DNA of 64,000 bases from Lama guanicoe (Eukaryota): assembly GCA_013239625.1 (NCBI GenBank), contig MU053482.1, positions 2,145,168 to 2,209,167 on the forward strand, read 5' to 3'. Below, piece by piece: positions 35,901 to 47,900 of the stretch; position 1 is the first letter of the stretch, and each line of letters begins with the position of its first letter. Under the pieces are notes generated by a model. That model saw only the letters and a program-made list of their open reading frames with translations, ran no database searches and was not told the origin of the DNA. The position numbers and the translations under genes were made by a program.

Positions 35901-38900
35901 GGCCCCAGCTGCGTCCTCTCCCTCTCCAAAGCAGGGCCCTCCTGGGGAGGGAGAGAAGGCAAGGCACTGACTGAATCCCTCCTCTCACCCATTAACACTT
36001 CCCTCTTCTTTTGGGTACCATCAGACCTTTCAGCCAATGCAGTCTTCTCTCTCTTGTTTAGTGAACAACACCCCCTGAAGGCCCTGGGGTGCAAGTCAAG
36101 GACTGAAAGTGTCCTAAAGGCCATGGCTTGTTCTCAGCTTGCCTGGCTGCTCTGCAGCCTCGACACAGCTGGACACCTCACACTGGCCCTGTCCTCCCTC
36201 CCGTCTATGACACAGTCCCTGAGTCCCTCCTAGCTTCCAACTGCTTCTCGGGCTCCTGGGAGGGAGCTCCTTTCCCACGTGCCTTTTAAATGCCAGGATC
36301 TCAGAGTTCTGTTTTCTGGACCATTTCTCTCACTCTGCACTTTCTGGGGGCCCAACACTGGCGACCATCACAGTGTCTGCCATTTCTAGCATGACGACTC
36401 CCAGGTCTCTGTCTCTGGCTCAGACTTCTCAACCAGTTAAAAACCCAATGGCTGAGCGCAGCTGTTCTTGAATGTTGGCCACAGACCGCTGTTGGTCTGA
36501 GACCAAGCTTTCACCGACGTATATAGTGAAGTCAGCATCTTACACAGGTAGTCCTCAAGCTGGCAAACATGACCCAGATCGCGTTCAGCCAAACTGTCCT
36601 CGAAAATCCCTCAGAAGGTACCACGTCGAGGACCAACACACTGTCTTTCGTTATGACTCGTAGTCAGTTTCTCGCCTAGATTTTTAAATTTTTAAAGATT
36701 TCTTTTTCTCTGGTTGAGTACCAGAAGAAATATTTGGTTTGTATGTTTTTAAATAAGTACATTAAATGTAGGAATCGTACATGGCACAACAGACACAAAC
36801 TCTATCTTACGCTCCTCAGGGGAATATGTTCATTGTGTGGAAAGGCAAACAAAACAGCCTGTACTTTTTGAACTGTTTATCCTTTTTTTCCTAAGAGCAC
36901 AGACTTAAATTGGCTGTTAATTCGTATGTGAAGTGACTCCACCATATACGGTATATGTGTGTGTGTGTTATAGATGTAAGTGTGAGTATGTGTAAAACCT
37001 TCAGGCTGGTGTACTCTCCTCCCACCCCCTTTTTCCACCTGGCTAAGTGCTTTTTGCTCTTCTAAATTTAGCTCAGCAACTCCCTCTGCAAGGAGGCCTC
37101 CCTCACCCCCCCAGTTAGACGTCTCTTTCTGGATCTCTGCAGCATCCCACCTAGACAGGGATCAGGGCACATGACACAGCAGCTATGATTTATTTGTGCA
37201 TCAATCTCCTGCACCAGATCACCAACTCCTTGAATGGAAGAGCCATGTCTCATTTGCTCCGTCCCCTTCACCAGGCTTGGTACACAGCAGGCTCTATACA
37301 GGTTATTCGTAGAAATGGACGAATAAGGACAAAGCAAACACTCCTGGCAGGCTGCTATAGACTTAAAGAGTCAGTGAGCATGCTGAGGTAAGCCAAAACA
37401 TGGGATTACCTTTAGCCAAGGGCTCTTCTGGCTCATGAGTCTGAACCTCTGTGATGTCTTCCTCTCTGCACATGGCAGGAAAGTTTCTATATGAGATGGG
37501 ATATGCTGGATAAAAGCCTGAAGTATGGGGTCAGATTGAAGAATCCCCAGAAGTCAAACAAACCTGAATGCCCACCTGCCTCTGGGTTAGAAGTGAAAGG
37601 CAGTGAGGGAAGGAGGACAGGCCTGCAAAGACAGCAGGCTCCTAGCCTGCTCCAACTCAGAGAACAAGATGCCTGTCAACTTGCACCAGCTCCAGCTGCT
37701 CCAGCTGCCAACTCACTCTAATTGTGGAGATACCCTGGGTAGTCCAGGGTCTGAGACTGACCAGGAAACCGATGTGAGTCTCAGAACAGATCCTTCCTGG
37801 ACATGGCCAAGAAGTAGGTGATATGTTCTTCCTCTCCTTTTTCCAATCAGTATCCCTTTTCAGGATCCAAAGATCCCTTCTTCCTATAGGCCGAGGATCC
37901 TATATGGTCAGGCAGCCCTCAGGAAAGAGGAAATCATGTTCAGTGTATCAACACTACTGAGTCAATGACAACAGGCAGTATTCAGATAATGCTTCACTCT
38001 ACGGAATAAATTTCTAATGTTGGCACTTCAGGTAGTCATGAGGCTAAGATCTTACTAGTCCTGTCCTCAAGGGACTGCCTATTCTATCTACAAATAAGGT
38101 GCCCCTATCCTTCCCACAGAGGAAGCTCGACAGGACTCCACTCCAAAGGCCAAATCCAGCCAACATCTTCAGCACACAGCACTCGGAAAAAAGGTTTTCC
38201 CCCTCCCACTCATGTTTAAGTATCCGTATCCTGCAAGAGCAGAAGAAACATCAATCTCTTTTTGACCTGACTCATGTTTCACCTAACAATCATTTGGTGC
38301 TCCAGAACTTATAAGGCACTACTGACTGACCCACAACTCCAGTCTGCTTTAGCATATTCCATCGAAAACAAAGCTGCTGTGTCCAGCTGTAAGGCCCTGA
38401 AGGGGCATTCATTACCTGCTCTGGGACTTGCGGTGACCACGCATGTCCTTCTTGGGTCTCCGGGTGACTGGTGGGGCTGGGGTGGAGGGCAGGGGCGGTG
38501 GAGCAGCAGGTGTGGGTGAAGGAGGTAGACCATTGCTTGGCTTACTCTTGGGGTTCTTGTCAGCCTCATATTCAAAGGTGCGCTTGGGTTTGGGGACAGG
38601 GTTCACAGCGGGATCAAGGGAGCTCTTTGATGGCAGCAGCTGGGAGTTCGGACTATTTCCAGGGGTCCCTGGCTTAGTGGAGCCACTGCCTTCCCTCTCT
38701 GGGGGTGGGCCCGCCTCCCCCCCAACTCCGGCCACTCCTCCTGCCAGGCTGCCAGCGCTCACACTGGAGCTCCCTGTCGGTTCCTCCAAGGTGCCCAAGA
38801 TCCCAGTCTTTCTTCTCCCTCGGTCTACACTGTAGCAGCTGCTAGGGAGCTGGGGGAGTCCCCGGCCTGGCTGCTCCTTCAGGGCCTGTTCAATTTTCTG

Positions 38901-41900
38901 GATCCGACTCAGCACTGCTGAGCTCTCCTTCCTGCTGCTAGGCCCCCTGAGGAAGGCACTGGGCTCACTCCGGCCTGGCCGTTTCTCCAGCCGGTAGAAG
39001 GAGTCCCGAACGGGGAGTGCCTCTCCTTCCTCCTCGGTCTCAGGGTAGGAACACTCGGAGAAGGTCCTGCTCATCCTCCGGAGGCCCTTGAAGTCGAAGG
39101 TCTTCTCAGAGCTGCAGGGGGACGGCACCACACTGGGACAGCCCACGCTGGGGCAGCCCTCACTGGCTGCCCACTCGCCCCCAGAGCCGTCCCGTTTCTC
39201 TCCACACATGCTCATCCTGGGCGAAGCCTCTCGGCGACCCTCCCATGCTGAAATCTTCTCCCGGATGCCCAGGCTGTGGGCGCGGGGGCCAGTGCGGCTC
39301 AGAAAGACACTCCGCGGGCCCACTGCTGGCCCCAGGGACGGAGTGCTCTGGGCGAGGGGGGGGCAAGCAGCTACTCCCCCTACATCCTGGGCTGCCCCCT
39401 GGACATTCTCCTTCTGGTCCTCTCTCTTGCACACTGAAGGGCTTCCGTCCAAATAACCAAAGCTGGTGGCCTTGAGGGCACAGATGGGTGGTGAAGTGTC
39501 TGGGGAGGGGGCTTGAGGATTGTGGGGTGAAGGATCACAGGGGTGCCAGTCCTTGAGGAGCAGCCGGGAGCTGGTGCGGCTTGGGTACCTGCAAGCTGAC
39601 GTTTCACTATCACTGAGCGGGTAGATGGGACTCCTTGGTGGGGAGAGAACTGGAGGGGGAGAGACTGACTGAGACCTAGGAGAAAAAAAAAAAGAAGACA
39701 AGAGAAGAGAAAATGGCAGTGAGTGGCCTGACAACACTGTGTTTAATTCTTAGAGAGCTCAGCATCCCTCTCCTAAAAGTACTGCATGCAAGTCATGTAC
39801 CTTTCAGAGCTGTCCTCAAGGAATAAGTGTTCTATGGGCCTACACTCCCTATTGCTTCCAACGGAACAGCAGCATGCTTCCTTCCAGCTCTATTTCATAC
39901 TCCCTAAGCTTCAACCTCTTCAAGTGCCTCATCACAGGACTGGCATCGTCAGAAAGGACAATGCTCTCTTAATAACCATGAACAGGAGGGGGGAAAAAAA
40001 AAGGCCTGACTTCTGGATACTGGGCGTGAAAATATTCAGTGCTCAATGCTTCCTTGTTTTGTTTTCTAGATCTTATACTCAGATAAACATTAGCCAAAAA
40101 ATGAACAGTTTTCTAAAATATATTATTGAAAATGCCCCTCACCCTTCTCAGTGTGTCAACATACAATATGCATGACTTAAAAAAAAAAAAAAAAGCTCCT
40201 TACTGATAGCAGGCTAACCCAGTGGGCCTCCCTGCCCAATTCATGCCCAGAGATTCTGAGTACCGTTTGTACCAGAAGCCAATTCTGTGACAGGTCAGAG
40301 CATCCCAAGAGTCTACATCTACCAACTAGAGAACAGTAAGACCAGTGGTGTGCTGCTAAATGTCTAACAATTGACTCTTTGGGGAAGAAAGCATAGATCT
40401 GTAGCATTTTCCAATTTCCACAGTATAAATATTCCTACTGCGGCTGATTTCAAGCTACTTATGGGACCTCACTGGATGTGGAGTTGGGAAGAAATGCTAA
40501 TGATCAATTCTTATGCACTGCTACAAAGCATCTCCAGCAAGCCACTTCCTCAGTAGCCCCAGATATGCACTCGAGCCCTTCGATCTGTCTTTTTGATTAG
40601 CCCCATCTACCCGGAGGCTTCTGCTACCAGACGGAAGACACTGCACCTGAGCTTGGGTCTTGATCAGATTCAGATCCCTGAGGGTCTCAAACGGATCAGG
40701 AGGGCCCCTCAAGAAAGAGTCCTTTCCAGGGGGAGGATATAGCTCAAGTGGTAGAATGCATGCTTAGCATGCACCAGGTCCTGGGTTCAAGCCCCAGGAC
40801 CTCCTCTAAACAAATGAATAAATAAACCTAATTACCTTTCCCTGGGGAGAAAAAGAAAAAGAAAGAGTGCTTTCCACTCTCCCAATAAAGAGGCTAGTGG
40901 GGAGCGAAGACCTATTCCTTAGCCGCTCCAGCCTCCAGCAGTGCATCACATCAAACAAGCATCAGCCACTTCCTAGATCCAAATCCACACACAGATCTTA
41001 GCAAATAAGAGGAACAGTTCTAACTAAATGTTTTTACATATGTTTACTCATTTAATCTTCACAAAACTGTCAGATTATCATTTATTATTATCCTCATTTT
41101 ACAAATGAAAGACACTGAGGCATACAAAGGTTAAATATCTCATCCAAGGTCCTCAGCTGGTACGTGGTGAAGGCAGGACAGGAACTGACACCACACTATG
41201 TTGCTGCTCTAAAGATGAAGCAGTGGCCTCTGCCATCTTTGTGAACTGCCCAGGCCTCAGACACAGCTCAGCAGAAACCCCACAGCACTGGGCACAGTCC
41301 TGTCTCAAAAGGAACATTTCTATGTATCATCTTCCCTCTTCGTCTTCCCTACTAGACTACGATTTCTCCCAGGTGGAGGGACACATACCCACTGTCTGGA
41401 AGTGAATGACAAAGAAAGAAAGACAGGGAGAAGGAAAGGTGAGCTTACTGAAGAGAACCACGGGCATACTTCCTCCTCAGTACACTTTTCTCGTTATCTA
41501 CTAGGAAGATCACTGTCAACTTTCAGAATTCTTCCCAAACCGTTTCAGTTCAAAGACAGGAGGGCTTTGCCAACACTGCATGCTACCAAGGTCTACCTGA
41601 CCCTAATGCCATGGCCCTCAAAGAGAGGCGGTCCAGCCTCGCAGGCTCCAGAGCGCCATGCCACCCATGGAAAGCAGCCAGCTGCCCCTGAGCCAGGCTG
41701 CTGTCACCGCTTGATCACACACAGAAAACTGCAGCTCTGGTGAGTCAGGGATTGGCCAACAATTCCCTGTTGGGTCATAGCCTCTGGCTGCCCCCGATCA
41801 ACAGGAAACCTCAACATGCTTAAGTTGTTTTTAAAAGGGCAAGTCAAACAAGAGCCATCCCACGTGTACATGGGCATAGATGAGAGAAATTCGGTGCCCA

Positions 41901-44900
41901 GCCAAGCCAATGACCAGAGACTGCTCAGCGAGGAGGTGTGAAAAGAGTAAGCCTCCATTCTCCCTAGGGTAGGTAGTGGTAGGGCAACGTGCCAAGCCTG
42001 AGCCTGGGGAGAGCCTGACCTACTCACAGTGGAGAAAGGTCCCTCGTTTATTTCACAGAACCATGGATGCAAAAGGTCATCAGTCCCGCCTTGTAAGCCA
42101 ACAAGCGTCTGGGCTGCACAAAGGACTCTGTGTTTCAGTTATTCTCAATTGGAGGCGGGAGAAGACGCCTCTGATTGAGGACAACCTTGTCACGTGTTTA
42201 TTAACTCAATAAATACTTAATGAGCACCTGCGATGTGCCAGGCCCTGCTCTAGGTGCTAGATAAAAGAATAAACTAGAGACAAAAAGTCTCATCCTCATG
42301 CAACTTGAATTCTAATCAGAGATGGCCGGTACCTAACGAGACTCAGAATCTCTTAGGAAACCTTTTCAAAATACATGTGCCTCATCTCTCCAGACACTCT
42401 GATATATGCTCCCCTAGGGATGTGCCTCCTCAACTCTCAAGGTGAGAATTCACCAGCCATGAAGCCACTGCCCCATACCGGGGCCGGGAGGGCGGGGCAC
42501 ACATCTCCAACAGGCAGGCAGAAAAACAGTGAGGACCTCTGGTCCATTAGATTCCAGCATGCTTTCCATGTTTTCAGGAAGGATGAGTCTATAACTTCCC
42601 TCAGTAGTTCGAACATGGAGAAGTCCCCGCAAGTTAAGAAATTCTCTCACTACCGAGTCTGCTTTAACTGAGGTTTAGTTTTTCTCCTCTGGTGAAGGAT
42701 AAAATAAAGAAGAAACTGGTCCTTTCCTTTAAAGCTCCTGGTCTTCAGAGCTTTGCTGATCTGGAGCCCAGAACTACAAGTGCTCCTCGCCCAGTTCCCC
42801 GACACAGGCCAGGCCCAATGTGCTCCAGCAACTCGGGGAGAAAAGGAGGCCTTCCCATGCTGCCCTAGAGCCCAGGCACCCCTGGGTTCATCACAGAGAG
42901 GGCAGCGTGCACTCACTCCAAGGTCACAGATAAAGCCCTGCCCTCATGGGGCTCTAATGCTCCCAAGGGTTAAAACTCATTGCATCTCACCATATGTTTC
43001 TGATTCTACCTCTTATTAAGGACACAACCATGGGCAAAGCCATGCACTCCCTTTAAGCTGCCAGTTTCAATTCCTCAAAATTATTCGAACTACATCACAA
43101 GTTTGTCATAATGGGCACATGAGACTATGGATGTAAAATGATGTCATACACTGTAATTCATTATGACTATAAATAATCATCAGTAAGCTTTTCAGTTGTT
43201 CTCAATAGAGGATAAGAACACCATGGCCATAGGGTTTAAGTTCCAGCATAACTACTAACAAGTTACATGATTTTGAGCAAATAACTCCTTAAGCCACAAT
43301 TTCCTTATCTGTAAAACGGAGGTTGAAAGGAACACATGCCTCAGAGGGCTGTTGGAAGGAATACAGACAATACACATCAAGTGTTGAGCTCAGTGGCTAA
43401 CACACAGTACTCAGTCTTAGCTCAATGATTACTAGTATCAACAAGCGGCTGATAATTCAGAATAATTACTTGGCAAACTTTTAAAAGCAGTTTACCTCTG
43501 TTCTTGGATTCTAAACATTGGAGTGGGAGGGGAAAAGAGTAAACTAAATAAGGCCATAACGTCTTTGTAGCTCATGTTATCAAGGTAGAGTCTATTCTTC
43601 TGCCTCTTGAATCTAGGTTGACCTTGTGATTTGCTTTGACCAATAGAATATGGTGAAAAATAAGTTGCCTGGGTTCCAAAACTTGAAACCTCAAAAAGCC
43701 CTGCAGTTTTTACCTTCACACACTTGGAATGCTGCCCTGAGACTGTCACATAAAAATGCCAGTCCAGTCTTTTAGAGCATGAGAGGCGCTGCGCAGCACA
43801 ACAGAGGCACCTCAGCCGATAGCCAGCCACCATGTGAGCCTGACACATGAGTGAGGTCATCTTGGACCCAACTGAACCCAGCTACATGAGTGGGCCCAGG
43901 GGAAACCAGAAGAGGAACTGCCCAGTGAACACAAAGAAATGTGAAAAATAATAGATTCTTCTAAGCCATTAAGGCTTAGGCTGGTTTGCTACACTGCAAT
44001 AGTAAAACGATGCAGGTGGGAAAGGCAGGCTTGCATGTAACTGGCCCGCCCCATCCCAGCGAAGGCCACTGCCCTGGGCCTTCCATCCCCATGCCTCTCT
44101 CCTCTGCTTCCCGACAGACCAGCTGCCAAAGTATGGAGGTCTGGACTGTATCTCTCTTCTTCTTTCTCTCTCTACTCAAGGCTCTGGCCCTCTTTTGGGA
44201 GTCTCCCCTGCACACTGCCTGGAAACGAAGCTAGTTCTGCAATCCCAAGAATTAGCTTCCAACGGTGCTTGCTCCCAGGCTGAAGGAGGGGCCAGGAGAC
44301 TCTGTTACCTAGAGCACAGGGAGGCTTAAGGAGGAACACACTGGGGGCTAGCAGCCAGGATGCTTGTGTCCTTGTGACAATGAGTTTACACAACAAGTGG
44401 CATCTCCTTGGCATAAATGGGAAAGCGTGCTCCTCTTGGACTTCAGTTTCACTCTCTAGTTGTTTCCCAGTTCCTCAAACTGAGGTTGGAAGTGAAAGAA
44501 AGATAATCCTTCCCCTGTTGCACAAGGGAAAACTATGGCCAAGAGTGTCAGTGCCTGGACCCAGGCTGCATTAGGAAGCCAAGCACCTGGACAAAGCCTT
44601 CTTTGGGGGCTGGTCTCCCATCTGCCACTGTGAGTCTCCAGCTTCACTTCTTCAGGGTTCCTGGGACAGCTCCTGGCCAACCTTCCCTGAACCCTGAACA
44701 AAGGAACAAAGGAAGCCACATACCCCGCCGGCCACACTGTGCTAGCTGTACTAGGCTTGAGACACACCTTGGCTCTTCAGCCATTCAACCTGGTACATAG
44801 TTGGTATTTACTGAGCACCAACTATATACCAGGTACTATTTCAGGCATTAAGGATCAGCGGACTAAAAATAGACAAAGTCTCTCTCTACAGGTTACATTC

Positions 44901-47900
44901 TGGTAGAGGGAGACAGTACAGCTTTATCTGTTTTGAGTAAACAGACAAGAAAAACCCTGTGAGGTGGTTATGGGGCAGGTGAAGCGGAATAGAGCAGGGT
45001 AAAGGGGTAGAGCTTAACAGTGAGGGAGATCAGGGAAGGCCCCTCTGCCGAGGACCATGTGAACATAACCCTAAGGAAGTCAGCAGTGTGTTTACCCAGG
45101 GGAGGAACGTTCCAGGCAAAAGGAGCCGCAGGGCAAAGGCTTGATGCCACTGCGTACAGTCAGGGGCAGCAAAGGGGCCGGTGCAGCGAGAGCGGAGGGA
45201 GAAGAAGAGGAGTGGGCTGGAGCTTAGTCAGAGGCACCGGAGAATCTATGGACCGACAGTAAGACTTGGGCTTTTAGTCTGAGAGAGAAAGGAAGCTCTT
45301 GAAGGAGCATGAGCAGAAGAACGACATGCTCCGACTCGGCAGCAGAGAGTGAAGTGCAGGGATGCAGGGGCGGCCGCAGGGAGATTACTAAAGGCCACTG
45401 TAACAGTCCAGACGAGAGGTTGTGATGGCTTGGGTTAGAATGGCAACGGCATAGATGGATCTATTTTGAGGGCTGTGCCAATCAGCTCTGCTGACGGAGT
45501 GGAGGAGAGGTATGAGAGACAAAGAGAAGTCAAGGATGAATCACAGCTTTTGGCCCGAGCACCTAGTAGAAAGGAGTCAGGGTTACACATTTCCGTTTGG
45601 GATCCATCAGTAGTATGTAGATGTTATCTAAAACTCTATGACTAGATGAGATCATCTTGGGAGCAAGTGTACCTAGAGAAGTCCAAGGGCTGCACCCTGG
45701 GGCATTTCAGTGTTTCGAGGTCAGGCAGAGGAGGAAGAACTAGCAAAGCAGACTGGCTGAGAAGAGCACGCAATGAGGGAGGGAGGAAGCCGTGGGGAGA
45801 GATAGCCTGAGACCTTCAAGAACTAGGGAGTGATCAACTGAGTCAAATCTGCCAACAACTGAGTAAGGGAAAGACTACAAAATGAGCATCAGATTTAGCC
45901 ACATGGAGGCAGGGTGAAAAGAGATTCTGGTGGAGAAGTAGGAAGGGAAGCCTGACTGGAAGGAATTCAAGAACATGGAAGAGTAGAAGTGGAGACAAAG
46001 AACTCAGACAATTCTTCCAAAGGGGAGCAAGGACACGAGGTGGTAGTCAGAGGGGAACGGGGGTAACAGCACTCTGCTGCGCAGAGACATCACAGCATGC
46101 TTCAATGATGGCTGGAACGACCCGGTAGAGAGGGAAAAGCTGTTAACGCAGGACAAGAGGACAAGTGCAGGAGGGAGCAGTGAGCCGGCAGTGAGGGGGC
46201 TGGGGAACCAGTGCCCCCCCGGACAAGGGCTGGCCCGAGACTGAAGAAGCCCATCTGCTCTCATTCCCATGCACCAAGGCGAGTGTCTTCTCACACAATC
46301 TCATCCCCATGTGGCTTTATTCTCCCTTCATCCCTGGCCCTGACTGCTGCATGGATTTCCAACTCATTCCACAGAGGGAAGAAAAGGCCCAGATTTGTTC
46401 TTTGTACACTCCGCCTTCAAGCATCTGGATCCAGCTTCCTCCTCAAACTCAATGATCCACGTGATGATTAAGTCCTATCAGTTCTAAATCCTTCACGTCT
46501 CTCAGATCTGTCCCTCTCCTCGCCATCCCCACTGATACTGCTGCTGGCTTGACTCAGATCTTACCTTCCACCGAGACTATTACAATAATCTCTTAATTTC
46601 TCTCTCTGCCTTGGATCTTAACCCAGTTCCAGCCCATCCCCTTGTCTTCTGACATCTTTCTAAAATACAAAACTCATCATGTTTCAAACTCCCCATTGTC
46701 TACAGAATGAAATACAAATTCACTGGCAGGGACCACAGGCCCCTCATGATCTGGTTTCCTATTTTTCCTTCATCATCTCATACTGTCCTTTCTTCTAAAC
46801 AAACCCACTTTGCACCTCTTAGTCACATCAGACTCCTTGCTCTTTACAACTCTAGGCCTTCACACATTCTGTTTCCTTTGCCTGGAGTACTGGCTTGTCC
46901 ATTTAGATGTCTCTGTAGCTCCTTTATGGAATTTCTCCTGACTCCACCCGCTTAGCTCAGTAGAGATGTCTAATTTTTGATGCCTGGAAAAATGTCTATT
47001 ATGGTACTTGTAACACTTTACTGGACTATAGTATTTCCTCACCTTCCTCCTTTACTAGACTACCAATGAACCTACTTAAAGGTGGTGACATTGTCTTGTT
47101 CATCTTAATATCCCCCACTCTTTGCACGGCACCTAGAATTTAGTAAGAATTAATGTATTTGTGCTAAATGACTAAATGAATGAACAAAAAATAAATGATC
47201 AGAACCTAGGCCTCCTTATGCCTACCCAGGGTATTGTTCCCAGACCACCCCGCCTCCCTCTTTGTGCCATGTGACCAGAAGAACAACACAGAAAGGCACA
47301 CAAAGCACTTAGTGCCACCCAGCATGGCTGTCAGTCTCCAAAACCCTCCCCCATAAGGCAAAATTCGTACCCTAGACTAAGAGTCTAGAGACCTCTAGGG
47401 TTCTGCTCTGGTCCTGGTTCCATCACTTCCTGGGTGTGCTCCTGAGCAAGTCACCTAAATTCTGAGCCTCAGGTTCTCCATCTACAAGACAGAGTGAAAA
47501 CTTGCTCTGGGTACCCTCACCTTAGTATACTAGCTGTGTATAAGATGATGTAAATTTTAAAAGTGTTTGAACATCATTAATAATTCCATGAAGACAGAAG
47601 AAATATAAAAGAAAAGTAAATACAAACAGCTAAAAGATACTTAAGACTCTGCTCTTTTCACCTCCTTCTCCTTATTCTAAAATCTCAGCGCTTAGCCCTG
47701 GGGAATCACACGCTGTGAAACTGGTGCCACTGCCTCGTCCACAGGCAGCCAGCTCTGCTGCTCTATACAGGTACAGATGCCAACACTGCAGCATGTGACT
47801 GGCCAAAACTAAGGTTTACAGGAGAGGGGGATTAGATAAAAGATACAAGGAGAGAGAAGGAAAGTGGGGAGAAGACAAAGGAAATTTAACAGAGGCGCAT

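Noticed and set aside
38443..39475. Antisense ORFs of 68-130 aa
   Set aside because: Shadow ORFs of GC-rich coding exon 2.
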